Assembly: GCA_050013255.1 (NCBI GenBank)
Contig: JBEKFP010000003.1
Coordinates: forward strand, 1 to 64,000
Direction: 5' to 3'
DNA from: Candidatus Bathyarchaeia archaeon
Lineage (GTDB): Archaea > Thermoproteota > Bathyarchaeia > 40CM-2-53-6
Length of the DNA stretch: 64,000 nt
A model generated the notes under the pieces. The model saw only the letters and a list, made by a program, of their open reading frames with translations, ran no database searches and was not told the origin of the DNA. Shown here in pieces: positions 47,728 to 57,364 of this stretch. The stretch's first letter is position 1; each line of letters begins with the position of its first letter. A program made the position numbers and the translations under genes.

Positions 47728-49356
47728 TTAGGTTTGGATGTTCTGGAGTAAGAGCCTGATTTGGCTGTTCGCTAGCTTTGATGCTACAACGATTACTGCG
47801 AATGCGAATATGAAGCCAAGAATCGCTAGTTGTGGTAGAATCGTGCTGTATACCATAACCGAGATTATGATCGGCGCGGCGGTTAACATCGCTGAAACGA
47901 TCCCGACGAGCATTCCCGTGAGGGAACCCCAGACACTGACGTAACGGCTGCGTATCATTTCACGAAAGTCGGGAAACCTAGTCCCGAAACACATTCCAAT
48001 CGCTGACTCCTCAAACACAACTGCTACTCCCAGCGCAAGAACAAGCCAGAAGTAGGTTGCAAGGGATCTTAGCAGAAAACTCAGCACCGCCAGCATGCCC
48101 ACGCCAAACAATATGCCTAGGAGTATTGCAAACAGCATTTTCGCCATCAGAAGCCTACTTGGTTTTATCGGCGCGGCGTAAAGGTTCCACACGGCGTATC
48201 CCTCCTGCCCTATGCTTGTCATTGAGAGGAGTCCAACGAAAATCGCTATGGGGAGTAAGTACAGAGGGATGATGACCAACAATCCAGGCGCATCGGGCAT
48301 CGATTGGCCCCCCATGGGGAAGAATGAGATGCCCATCGAGATGGCTAGGACGAAGGGAATCGCCAAGAACCTAGCCATCTCCCTCCTCCTCGCGAGCGAA
48401 CGCAGGTCCTTCCGAAGAATTGCCGATTCAGCTACCCCAATCAAAGGTAACCGGAAACCTATGTCGCGATTGTGATAGGTCTGGGGAGAGAGCTTGATTG
48501 AGACGGGAATTGGAACCCAGAACTTCGCGCGCAATCTCGTTGCCACCGCGAATAACGCCAGCGTGAAGAGTGCTGAGAGGCTTGCAAATTCAAGAAATGT
48601 GAATATGTTGCCTTGGGAGACGCCGAGGACTGCAACTGAAGGCCACACTACGGGAACGAACCATGCAACCCTCACCGTTTGAACCACGCTCTGGAGAAGG
48701 TACCCGATTATTTGTCCGCTGAAGAGCAACTGAACGAAGACAAGCATGATTATCGTCAAGGCGAGGCGGAAGAATATTCCAGAGCGTCCGCTCTTCTTGT
48801 AGAAACTTGATGAGATACGGTTGGTTATTGTGTCCAGCACTTCAACGACGCAGGATCCAATTGCTAGGGCGATAGTCGCCATCAGGGCTGCAGCAAGCCA
48901 AGAAGGAGCCATCCCGAGGATTAGTGCCGGTCCAAGCAACAACCCCAGAAGGAGGCTGAGCATGAATGAGTAAATGTAGGATTCAGATAATGTGGAGGCC
49001 GCAACATACTCTGTGGGTGAGATTGGAAGCCAATTCACGATATCGGTATTCAGCGATTGGATTGGTTGGCTAATTTCGTACAGAACTCCGAAAAGGATGA
49101 CGGCGGAGGCAATACCCACGGGTACCCCTGCCAAAGCGCTTGCTTCGATACCGGCGATGGCTTCTAGAAAGAATGGGGGGCCCCTTGAGAGCAGTAAATA
49201 GCCGGCTAGGCCGAGACCAACAAGCAGTACCAAGTCTACTGCTAGGATGATTCGGGGTTCTCCGAATATTCGGGCCAAGATTTTGTTTCGTTGAGTTCCC
49301 CGAATTTGAGAGCGCGTCAAGACGACGGCAAGCTTGTACACCGTCTTGATTCTCAT
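47728..49356 (-). CDS. ABC-2-type exporter permease
   Basis: About 12-14 TM helices in two repeats, KDLRSLARR, coupled to an ABC ATPase. Confidence 0.85.
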   Translation of the reverse strand: MRIKTVYKLAVVLTRSQIRGTQRNKILARIFGEPRIILAVDLVLLVGLGLAGYLLLSRGPPFFLEAIAGIEASALAGVPVGIASAVILFGVLYEISQPIQSLNTDIVNWLPISPTEYVAASTLSESYIYSFMLSLLLGLLLGPALILGMAPSWLAAALMATIALAIGSCVVEVLDTITNRISSSFYKKSGRSGIFFRLALTIIMLVFVQLLFSGQIIGYLLQSVVQTVRVAWFVPVVWPSVAVLGVSQGNIFTFLEFASLSALFTLALFAVATRLRAKFWVPIPVSIKLSPQTYHNRDIGFRLPLIGVAESAILRKDLRSLARRREMARFLAIPFVLAISMGISFFPMGGQSMPDAPGLLVIIPLYLLPIAIFVGLLSMTSIGQEGYAVWNLYAAPIKPSRLLMAKMLFAILLGILFGVGMLAVLSFLLRSLATYFWLVLALGVAVVFEESAIGMCFGTRFPDFREMIRSRYVSVWGSLTGMLVGIVSAMLTAAPIIISVMVYSTILPQLAILGFIFAFAVIVVASKLANSQIRLLLQNIQT

Positions 49357-50198
49357 CGGGTAAGTGCCTCGACGATATCGCGGGTATCAGAGGTTCCTGT
49401 CAGCTTCAGGAATATTTCTTCAAGCGTTGAGCCAGATGCACCTCCTTTTGCCCTCAGTTCCTCCGAAGTCCCTTCGGCCAAGACCTTCCCGTCATACATG
49501 ATTACGATTCGGTCGCAAATAGCATCGGCTATTTCGAGAACATGCGTACTGAAGATGGTTGGAATGCCATCATCCCTCAGCTTATGGATCAAGTCCTTGA
49601 CTATACGTGCGCTGCGTGGGTCCAAGGCATTGAGGGGTTCATCCAGAACCAGAATTTGTGGGCGATGGAGTAGGCCCGCTATAATTGCCAGTTTCTGTTT
49701 CATCCCCTGTGAATATCCATGAATCAGCTCGTTTTCTCGGCCTTCCAAGTCTAAGGCCTTCAGGAACTCCGAGGTCCGCTCTTGCTTTACCTTGGCCTCA
49801 AGTCCGTGGACATCCGCAACGAAGTCAAGGTACTCTATCCCCGTCAAAAACTCGTACAGCCTAGGGCTTTCGGGAACGAAGCCAACAATTTTCTTGACCG
49901 CGATCGGGTCTTCAGCAACATTCACCCCTTGAACTAGAATGCTGCCAGCGTCAGGTTTCATGATCCCTACGATGATTTTCATTAACGTAGATTTGCCGGA
50001 GCCGTTTGGGCCTAACAACCCAAGAACTTGGCCGGTATCCACGGCGAAACTGACACCTTTGACGGCCCTTATCGTGCCGAAACTCTTGGCTACGCTGTCA
50101 ACCTGAAGTGCTTTCACTAATGCCACCAATCCTCCGCAACCATACGATCTATCCATTCCGGTGAAACCGAAAGAGCTTAGAAAAACCTCGCGTTCCAC
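49353..50198 (-). CDS. ABC transporter ATP-binding protein (true start probably near 50126)
   Basis: GPNGSGKST, YSQGMKQK, LVLDEP, STH. Confidence 0.95.
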   Translation of the reverse strand: MEREVFLSSFGFTGMDRSYGCGGLVALVKALQVDSVAKSFGTIRAVKGVSFAVDTGQVLGLLGPNGSGKSTLMKIIVGIMKPDAGSILVQGVNVAEDPIAVKKIVGFVPESPRLYEFLTGIEYLDFVADVHGLEAKVKQERTSEFLKALDLEGRENELIHGYSQGMKQKLAIIAGLLHRPQILVLDEPLNALDPRSARIVKDLIHKLRDDGIPTIFSTHVLEIADAICDRIVIMYDGKVLAEGTSEELRAKGGASGSTLEEIFLKLTGTSDTRDIVEALTR

Positions 50199-50213
50199 CC
50201 TCCCGACCCAACA

Positions 50214-50390
50214 ATGAGCACCGCAGCGGCGCAGAATTCGGAAACCAAACCATTATGCAACATACCGTTATGCGGCAGGGAAGCTGATTGGCAGGTCGAA
50301 ATGTTCGGTAAACTCGAATATTATTGTGAGAGGCACCGGCCAGGCGTCCCCGAGAAATTCATGAACCGCCTCAAAATCCAAAGTTCCTAA
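50214..50390 (+). CDS. 58-aa putative zinc-finger microprotein
   Basis: MSTAAAQNSETKPLCNIPLCGREADWQVEMFGKLEYYCERHRPG...; C-x4-C...C-x2-H; fills an intergenic gap. Confidence 0.6.
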   Translation: MSTAAAQNSETKPLCNIPLCGREADWQVEMFGKLEYYCERHRPGVPEKFMNRLKIQSS

Positions 50391-50402
50391 TCCGTTTCCT
50401 GG

Positions 50403-51557
50403 TCAAAGTTTTTCGAGAAACGTATCGACTTCGCGGTCGGTGTTGTAAAAGTGTGGTGAGACCCTTAACGTGTTCACTCTAGGCGCGACAACAACGTGCT
50501 CCTGTAGAAGCTTCCTCGAAACTTGGGCCGCATTTTCGACTTCGAATGTAACGATTCCACTTCTGCGGCCTGCTTCCAGCGGGGAAGTGATCTTCTTTCC
50601 CTTCTTTTCCAGCCCCTCAACGAGTCGTTTGTTCAAGTGTTCTACGAGGGGCTCACGTTCTTGTGGGGTATACTTGAGGGTGAATTCCAACGCGGCCTTC
50701 GCGCCGATGACAGCTATGACTGCCCATGTTCCCCATTCGAATCGGGTGGCATCCTCCGCTGGGGTGACGCTACTAATATCGAAGGGACGTTCGAAAGTTT
50801 CTTGTTTGGAAAGAACCCTGGCCACGACGGAGTCGGAGATCCCGTGCCATCCAACTATCCCAGGGAGAAGCCGTTGCAGGGCTTTGCGGCTTACGTAGAG
50901 AAACGCTGTCCCATGTGGGCCCATCAACCACTTGTATGTCCCACAGGTAAGCACATCGACGCCCAGCTTGCGGACATCTACTGGTATGACTCCAACGGCG
51001 TGAAACGCGTCCACCAGCATTAGGGCGTCGTGAGAATGCGCGATCTGAGTAACCGCCCGTATGTCTTCTTTGCAGCCGTTTATCCAAGAGACATAATCAA
51101 GTGAGACTGCGACCGTCTTGTCATCGATCGCTTTCTCAAAGTCTGAGGTGGGGACTTGACCGTTCTTCGCCTTTAGGACTCTTACCTCAGAAAGCAAGCC
51201 CTTCTGCTTCAAGGCGTGCCAAAGGTACACGTTGGTGGGGAAATTCAATTCGCTCACAACAACGTTCTGTCCAGGCTTCAGGGGAAGGGCGTTGCCGATC
51301 GCTGCTAGGCCGGATGAAACGTTCGGAACGCAGGCGACCTCATCCAAAGTGGCATTGATGAGGCGGCCGAAGAGTTCGCGTGTTTTCACGATCTCTAGAA
51401 GCCAAGCTTCCCATTTTTCCCCATAATCTCTCCACTCATCCAGAAACGACCGCATAGCCGCGTGTACGCTTACGGGTGGGGGGCCCGCTCCCGCATTATC
51501 AAGGTACACGTTGCCGGCGAGCAACGGAATCTGTTGCCTAACCTCTTCCACATTCAA
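50403..51557 (-). CDS. Class V PLP-dependent aminotransferase-fold enzyme
   Basis: YLDNAGAGP, LVDAFHAVG, TYKWLMGP (PLP Lys), LRVSPHFYNT. Confidence 0.9.
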   Translation of the reverse strand: MNVEEVRQQIPLLAGNVYLDNAGAGPPPVSVHAAMRSFLDEWRDYGEKWEAWLLEIVKTRELFGRLINATLDEVACVPNVSSGLAAIGNALPLKPGQNVVVSELNFPTNVYLWHALKQKGLLSEVRVLKAKNGQVPTSDFEKAIDDKTVAVSLDYVSWINGCKEDIRAVTQIAHSHDALMLVDAFHAVGVIPVDVRKLGVDVLTCGTYKWLMGPHGTAFLYVSRKALQRLLPGIVGWHGISDSVVARVLSKQETFERPFDISSVTPAEDATRFEWGTWAVIAVIGAKAALEFTLKYTPQEREPLVEHLNKRLVEGLEKKGKKITSPLEAGRRSGIVTFEVENAAQVSRKLLQEHVVVAPRVNTLRVSPHFYNTDREVDTFLEKL

Positions 51558-51638
51558 GACTAGGCCATCCCGCGGTCCACGTGGAGGTGGGGCCGGGTAT
51601 TAGAGCTTCCAGTAGGAAGTAGGCTGATGTGTTCAGCT

Positions 51639-52814
51639 TCAGTTCGAGTCAGTCTTTTTTGTTTCTTCTTCTGTTTTCTTCTTGGTGTGGTTGGGATGGG
51701 AAGTGTGGGTCTCTGAAGTTTTTGTCTTGGTCTCTGAAGTATGTTCTGCGCGGCCGCGGCCGACAACGGCGAAGGCGATGATTGCTGCAGCCACGAGTAT
51801 TGCGATTACTCCTGCAGCAATTGTCAGGTAGAGGACCGTGGAGTCTGTGCGCCACGAAGCAATAGCCGTCATAGGCCGATTCATTTGTACGCTGGTCGTT
51901 TGGCTGTTGGATTGAACGTCACCCTGCCAGCCATTGAAGACTATGCTGACGCCATAGGACGTGCTGATGGGTGTTGAAACGGAGATTTGGGCTGTGCTAC
52001 CTGCGTCGTACCAACCTTGCCCGTAGGGAACACCTTGGTCGCTCTGCACGGTGAGGTAGTACTGTTGCTTGTAATCCGCGGTCACACTGTGGGGCGCATT
52101 CATATTGACTGATAACGAAGAACCGGATTGGTTGCTTTGTCCGTCAACGCTCCATCCTTGGAATACGATTCTACTTGAACTGTCTCCGACGGGCTGGCTT
52201 GCGCTATTTAGCGTCGCGGTGTCGCCTGCGTTGTACCATCCTGCACCTTGAGGTACTGGTGCGCTTTGGGGTTGAGTTTGTACGCTGAGATAGTACTGCG
52301 ACTGGTAGACGGCGGTGACCTTCATCGCTCCATTCACAGTCACTGTCCCGCTGCTTCCGACACCGGAATAATCTCCGCCCCAATGGGAGAAGACATACCG
52401 CGTGTTCGCGGATGACTGAATGGTGGTTTGAGTAACTGAGAACGACGCTGAACTTCCTTGGTTGTATGTTCCGCCGCCAGTCACTGTTGCAAGATTGGCT
52501 GGATCAGTTGCGACGGTCAATGTGTACTGGGACGGGGTGTTATAGTAGCTGTAATAGTACGGGTAGCCATAGTCATAGCACCCGTAATTGCCATAGTAAT
52601 AATCATAGTACTGGCAGTTGTAGCTGTAAGAGTACGGGTAGTAGTAGTAGCTGTAAGAGTACGGGTACCAGGAATAGTCGTTGCAATGATGATGATGTGA
52701 CCCGCAATTAGGAGTATAAGCCGCTACTTGAGCTGCCTGCCCTGACAATAGAACAACAGCAGCAGCCAACACGAGAACCGCAAGGGCGAATTTAGGTAAG
52801 TAACTCGCTCGCAT
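51639..52814 (-). CDS. Cell-surface protein: signal peptide, His/Tyr-rich segment, three beta repeats, C-terminal TM
   Basis: Repeats YYL.V.S..G...G.GWY.AG..A...F.GW.GD; Tyr-rich low-complexity tract. Confidence 0.8.
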   Translation of the reverse strand: MRASYLPKFALAVLVLAAAVVLLSGQAAQVAAYTPNCGSHHHHCNDYSWYPYSYSYYYYPYSYSYNCQYYDYYYGNYGCYDYGYPYYYSYYNTPSQYTLTVATDPANLATVTGGGTYNQGSSASFSVTQTTIQSSANTRYVFSHWGGDYSGVGSSGTVTVNGAMKVTAVYQSQYYLSVQTQPQSAPVPQGAGWYNAGDTATLNSASQPVGDSSSRIVFQGWSVDGQSNQSGSSLSVNMNAPHSVTADYKQQYYLTVQSDQGVPYGQGWYDAGSTAQISVSTPISTSYGVSIVFNGWQGDVQSNSQTTSVQMNRPMTAIASWRTDSTVLYLTIAAGVIAILVAAAIIAFAVVGRGRAEHTSETKTKTSETHTSHPNHTKKKTEEETKKTDSN

Positions 52815-53007
52815 TCTAATCCCATAGGAGAAGCGGGCTATCCCTATTTGGGGTTTACTGATTTGCTGCCCAACTACGAACTGTAGTACGCGTAGCGAAA
52901 AACAGCGAAACCCCCCTAACTCAGAGGATCACTACACTCTCTAGGGGGTACCTCCGAGCGTACGCGCCGCTAAACAGCGACTGTCGATACTTCAACTCCT
53001 TTTAAGT

Positions 53008-53271
53008 ATGGGTAGTGGCCTCCTTGCTTTGGTGTTTTGCTTGGTTGTCAAGGCATACGTGTTGGTTCAAGCCCAGTTGGGGCGGGCTCGGTATGTTTCC
53101 AAAGCGGTAGCTAAGGTTCGGGGTGTGAAGATGGTTCATGCGGTAACCGGCATATATGACATCATCGCATACCTCGAAATGCGTGACATGAATACTCTCT
53201 CCGAATTAGTGATAAAGAAGATTCAATCCGTGAAGGGCGTTGAGCGTACTCACACGGCCATTGTCGTGTGA
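53008..53271 (+). CDS. Stand-alone Lrp/AsnC ligand-binding domain protein
   Basis: KAYVLV, HAVTGIYDII, IQSVKGVERTHTAIV. Confidence 0.85.
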   Translation: MGSGLLALVFCLVVKAYVLVQAQLGRARYVSKAVAKVRGVKMVHAVTGIYDIIAYLEMRDMNTLSELVIKKIQSVKGVERTHTAIVV

Positions 53272-53272
53272 G

Positions 53273-54085
53273 CTAATCACTACTTTCTTCAAATTCCTCG
53301 TATTCTCCGTTACTGTTCCAATTAGGCGAGGAATACTTCCGAGCGTATAAGCTCGTAAACCATCTCTCTTCATCAGCTCGCAGCCCATCTGGTTCCAGCT
53401 TTGCGCTTAGAATTTCTTGAGCAGATTCCGTGAGCTTTGACTGAACCTCTTCTACGCTTACCTTCCTTCCTACGGCTGCTTCCAGAGTGGTTACCGGATG
53501 CCATCGGCTGCGCACATAATGGGTCGTATGCTTCTGCCTGCTCGGAGCAAGAACCGATTCCAGAGTGTCAACATTAGTGGAAACCAAGAGTGAGCCATGC
53601 CAAAGTGCAAAACCTCTTCCAGAAGCAGCAGCTGCCCCCGAGATTTTTCTCTCTCCGAGCATAATTGAATTGGGCGCAAGAAAACTGCCTTTCAACCCGA
53701 AACTGCGAAGAGCATCGAGGACAATGGCGGATGCAGTTTCACTAAGCCTGGGTTGCGTGTGTCTTTCTCCTTGTTGAATAACGAGTGTGAGATTGAGGTT
53801 TCCTTCATCTTGGTAAACGGCGCCTCCGCCTGTAAATCGGCGAGCGATTTGGATGCCGCTTTGCTGGCAGAGAGAAGTGTCAACTTCTGTTGATGCCTTT
53901 TGAAATCGGCCGAGAATCACACTTTGTGGGTTAACCCACAGTCGTATCGTTGGTCTGAAGGTAGGAGAAAGCGCGCTGCGAGCCAATGCTTCCTCAATGG
54001 CTAAGTTCTGGAACACCGAGCCGTAGCTCTGTTCCAGCAGCCTCCAACGATCTGAAGCCGTTGGTCCACCTACCAGGGACGGCAT
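53273..54085 (-). CDS. lplA: Lipoate-protein ligase A family protein
   Basis: NLAIEEAL, RRFTGGGAVYQD, RKISGAA, HGSLL; start moved to ATG 54085 to limit overlap. Confidence 0.88.
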   Translation of the reverse strand: MPSLVGGPTASDRWRLLEQSYGSVFQNLAIEEALARSALSPTFRPTIRLWVNPQSVILGRFQKASTEVDTSLCQQSGIQIARRFTGGGAVYQDEGNLNLTLVIQQGERHTQPRLSETASAIVLDALRSFGLKGSFLAPNSIMLGERKISGAAAASGRGFALWHGSLLVSTNVDTLESVLAPSRQKHTTHYVRSRWHPVTTLEAAVGRKVSVEEVQSKLTESAQEILSAKLEPDGLRADEERWFTSLYARKYSSPNWNSNGEYEEFEESSD

Positions 54086-54837
54086 CGCGTTAGGATCCTT
54101 CTTGGAATGAAGGGGTCCAGCTTTCGGTTTCTTAGGATTTTTCCTAGCTTCGGAATCAGCCCTACTGCGTCGGTACCGAGCTTGCACACAATGGACTGCG
54201 TGATCAATGTCTCCGATTCTATAGTAACCGTGTCTCTCTCAATCCTCGATTTTTTCACGGCATTTTCAACTTCCTGGCGAAAACAGTCGGTAATTTGAAT
54301 GCGGTCTAAGCCGGTTGCAATCAAGGATGAAAACCGTTCGATTTGGGAGTCTGCAAGCCAACCCTCAACCGTTTGTGTGTTGGGTTCTAGTCTCGTGAGT
54401 CGAACCGTTGTTCGGCTGCCTGGGACAAGGCAATATTGGTGTATGATCTCGTCACTTCGTAGGGGTTGTCCGTCTCCGAGTTGTGCTCGGAGGGCGGCGA
54501 GTCCTATTTTGACGTTCATGGGCCTTGGTGTTTCAATGCCGATGTCGATCTCGAGGGAATTATCTGCCTCTCCGCTGACGATTCCTTGGTAAATTCCTTG
54601 CGCCTCTAGATTGGCGGCGTTTGTGTGGGCCTGGCCAAGGTCACGAGCTACTAGCTCCCTGAGAACGTCCGAATCTTCCCCTTCTAAGTCCAACCTTGCC
54701 CAACCCTTCCGCGTGAATCCATCAAGTTTGATGGAACCCCCCAGTTCACCCTTAACAGAACGGAGAGCTTTATCCAATTCCGACTGGAAATCTTTCGTGG
54801 TGAATTGGCCTGGTCTTTGCAGGATTATGAGTTTCAT
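54070..54837 (-). CDS. DUF2110-like conserved archaeal protein
   Basis: GED...L, C-terminal CKLGTDAVGLIPKLG; usual neighbour of tfe. Confidence 0.7.
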   Translation of the reverse strand: MKLIILQRPGQFTTKDFQSELDKALRSVKGELGGSIKLDGFTRKGWARLDLEGEDSDVLRELVARDLGQAHTNAANLEAQGIYQGIVSGEADNSLEIDIGIETPRPMNVKIGLAALRAQLGDGQPLRSDEIIHQYCLVPGSRTTVRLTRLEPNTQTVEGWLADSQIERFSSLIATGLDRIQITDCFRQEVENAVKKSRIERDTVTIESETLITQSIVCKLGTDAVGLIPKLGKILRNRKLDPFIPRRILTRCRPW

Positions 54838-54852
54838 TGGGGACAGCGTTTC

Positions 54853-55392
54853 TTATCTGCTGAGTTCAGCCTCCAGCCTTCCGATCTTCGATTCTAGGAC
54901 AATAACCATATCTGCGTTCTCGGAGCTTTCCAACTGGTTCCCGCATTTTGTGCACTTGAAAGAAGTCTCCATCGCATCTTCAAAGGTGACGCGGACGTCG
55001 CTGTCGGTCTTACATATGAAGAATGTGTGAGCTCGTTCGAAGTCAAGCCTTTGCTTTAACTTGTCCAACGCCCGTTTCTTCCGGCTTCGGATAAACGCAT
55101 CTAATTGGTCGGGCTGAAGCCTCCAATAGAAAATGAACCAACCAGTCTTCTCATCTCTCACGCGTGTGCATGAAACCAGGCCGTGGTCGTAAAGCTTGTA
55201 GAGAATTTTTCTAACCGTATTCAGCCTAACTTCTTTGTTGAAACGGGTCTTACAGTCATTGGTAATTATTTCATCAGTTCCCTCGCCGACTGCCTTTAGG
55301 CTGTTGACAACGGTAACAGCTTCCTCGCCTCCGAAGAGGTTTGCGACCTTAATGAGTTCCTCATCCAAGACTGACAATGACATGACCGCCAA
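54853..55392 (-). CDS. tfe: Transcription factor E (TFE alpha)
   Basis: TDE, LNTVRKILYKLY, RD..TGWFIFYW, F.C...F.DAME..FKC.KCG. Confidence 0.93.
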   Translation of the reverse strand: MAVMSLSVLDEELIKVANLFGGEEAVTVVNSLKAVGEGTDEIITNDCKTRFNKEVRLNTVRKILYKLYDHGLVSCTRVRDEKTGWFIFYWRLQPDQLDAFIRSRKKRALDKLKQRLDFERAHTFFICKTDSDVRVTFEDAMETSFKCTKCGNQLESSENADMVIVLESKIGRLEAELSR

Positions 55393-55508
55393 GTGAATGT
55401 TTATGTTTCTAACGTTTTACTTCGCATTAACTCTTTGTCGCGGGCGTCTGACGCGTGGGCAACTTTTTATACGAACCTACCTCGTCTAGCGTTCGCGGGC
55501 CGTTTAAG

Positions 55509-55697
55509 ATGAAGGAAACGGTTGCCACCTTGGGCTTCATTCTGTTTTTCGTAGGCTCAATGATGGATATCGCGGGCTCAACCTCAGTAACACAAGGTGG
55601 AACCCCTGCAGCGCTTTATTTTAGAGTAGGCATAATCGAACTATTCGGGTCGATTATTTTTCTAGCCGGAATCTACCTCATTATAAAGACTCGGTAA
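55509..55697 (+). CDS. Small 2-TM membrane protein
   Basis: Two hydrophobic helices; upstream of trm56. Confidence 0.55.
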   Translation: MKETVATLGFILFFVGSMMDIAGSTSVTQGGTPAALYFRVGIIELFGSIIFLAGIYLIIKTR

Positions 55698-55708
55698 GTC
55701 GGGTCGAA

Positions 55709-56263
55709 ATGGCCACGAAGAGGTCTCGACGGAAATTCCGTGTGATGGTCCTCCGACTTGGACATAGAATTCCAAGAGACGCCAGAGTGACCACCCACGT
55801 GTGTTTGACCGCCCGCGCCCTGGGCGCGGATGGCATCTACATCTCCGATGTTCATGATAGGGAGCTTGTTGAAGGAGTAAACAGAGTCGTCGAAGGTTTC
55901 GGAGGACGCTTCATCATCGAGGCTGGGAAGCCATGGCGGTCAACCGTTAACGAGTGGCGGCGCATGGGCGGGAGGATTATCCATTTAACCGCTTACGGTA
56001 TGCCGCTACCTAAAGTCGTGGCGAAGATCAGGCGTTCTAATGCGGACAAATTGGTCATAGTTGGGGCAGAAAAAGTGCCTGGCGAAATTTACGGTTTAGC
56101 AGACTGGAACGTCGCGGTGACAAATCAACCGATTAGCGAAGTCAGTGCCTTGGGCATTTTCCTGGACTGGTTGTTCGGGCACCGTCGGCTTGAGGATCGG
56201 TACACAGACGCAAGGATTCAGATAATTCCCACTGCACATGGAAAAACTGTCGTTGGGAATTAG
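55709..56263 (+). CDS. trm56: tRNA (cytidine(56)-2'-O)-methyltransferase aTrm56
   Basis: VLRLGHR..RD.RVTTHVCLTARALGA, HLTAYG, VGAEKVP, NVAVTNQP.SEV. Confidence 0.95.
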   Translation: MATKRSRRKFRVMVLRLGHRIPRDARVTTHVCLTARALGADGIYISDVHDRELVEGVNRVVEGFGGRFIIEAGKPWRSTVNEWRRMGGRIIHLTAYGMPLPKVVAKIRRSNADKLVIVGAEKVPGEIYGLADWNVAVTNQPISEVSALGIFLDWLFGHRRLEDRYTDARIQIIPTAHGKTVVGN

Positions 56264-56787
56264 GCGGCATCTGTAGGCTTCTGTTTTTCTTTCACCCTGA
56301 TTATGTCCCCAAGGGTGACCTCCGCGGGGGCAGCCATCTTCGGAGCAGGGATGGCTTTGCGTGGAACCAACAGCTTGATCCTAAGCTCATGCTCCAACTC
56401 TCTACACAACTTTGAGTCAGGGGCGATTTTGCCGGTCTCTATCTTCTGTATTACAGTCAGTCTTTCCTTAACTCGTTTGGCAAGTTCCTCTTGGGACAAT
56501 CCCATCTTCATGCGATGGCTCCTTACCAGGTTTGAGTAGTCCTCGGCAACGTCCGACTCTTCCATCCCCCTTGGCAATTCGGGTGCTCTTCGATGAATAG
56601 CCTTGGGCATTCGAAGCGTGCTGGGCGCGTATGGCCGCGTGGGAACGGATCGCTCTTCCTGGTATGGTTTGCCTAGATGCTGGCAACTTGAGCAAACAAG
56701 CATCTTTGCTCCTTCAACACGTACCCTGAAAGCAGGGCCAACAATCACCCTTCCGCAAATATCGCAGTTCAATAGGCCCGCTACCAC
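56260..56787 (-). CDS. mbf1: Archaeal multiprotein bridging factor aMBF1
   Basis: CDICG...VEGA...VC..C zinc ribbon, HTH GLSQEELA...KIETG, TLGD. Confidence 0.92.
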   Translation of the reverse strand: MVAGLLNCDICGRVIVGPAFRVRVEGAKMLVCSSCQHLGKPYQEERSVPTRPYAPSTLRMPKAIHRRAPELPRGMEESDVAEDYSNLVRSHRMKMGLSQEELAKRVKERLTVIQKIETGKIAPDSKLCRELEHELRIKLLVPRKAIPAPKMAAPAEVTLGDIIRVKEKQKPTDAA

Positions 56788-56848
56788 CGCCGGTTGCGCG
56801 AACTAGAAATTTAAATTGGCTTATTTATGTAACGTTAGACCAGAGAAC

Positions 56849-57364
56849 ATGGACCGTCCGACCTTAGCTGAGCTTCGCAAATTGGTGGGTGTAGCAAACT
56901 ACCAGTTCGGAGCGGGAGTAGGCTACGCCCTGTTCAATAATCAGGTTCGGATCGAACGCTCGAGGCGGACTGGAAGGATTCGACACATCTATCGAGATGC
57001 GCATTTGATCGCAACCCTGCGCCCTACGGACGGCTACCTCGCCTTAACCCCCAATGGCGCACACATCCTGTTATCAAAAATCAAGAACCTAAGAAACCTA
57101 GTCGTAGTCCAAACCGACGTCTCCGAGGTTGTTAGAGGTGGTGGGGACGTCTTTGCAAAACATGTTGCGCGTAGTGATTCGAGCATTAGACCAGCGGAAG
57201 AGGTTATCGTCACTGACGAGCAAGAAGCGTTGGTTGGAGTCGGAAGCGCTGTTCTGAGTGGGCATGAGATGATGAATCTTAGGAGGGGAGTTGCTGTGAA
57301 GCTGCGAAAAGGAGTTGACGAATCTTCCGAGAGCCAGGCGACCAAGGACTCAGGGTTCGACTAG
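56849..57364 (+). CDS. PUA-domain protein (archaeosine TGT C-terminal-like)
   Basis: ANYQFG.G.G, SRRTGRIR, VFAKHV, IRPAEEV, GVAVKLR. Confidence 0.85.
   Translation: MDRPTLAELRKLVGVANYQFGAGVGYALFNNQVRIERSRRTGRIRHIYRDAHLIATLRPTDGYLALTPNGAHILLSKIKNLRNLVVVQTDVSEVVRGGGDVFAKHVARSDSSIRPAEEVIVTDEQEALVGVGSAVLSGHEMMNLRRGVAVKLRKGVDESSESQATKDSGFD

Noticed and set aside
50403-51557. Cysteine desulfurase (SufS/IscS)
   Set aside because: No catalytic Cys loop (RxGxHCA or SSGSAC) before the C-terminal RVS motif; left as a generic class V enzyme.
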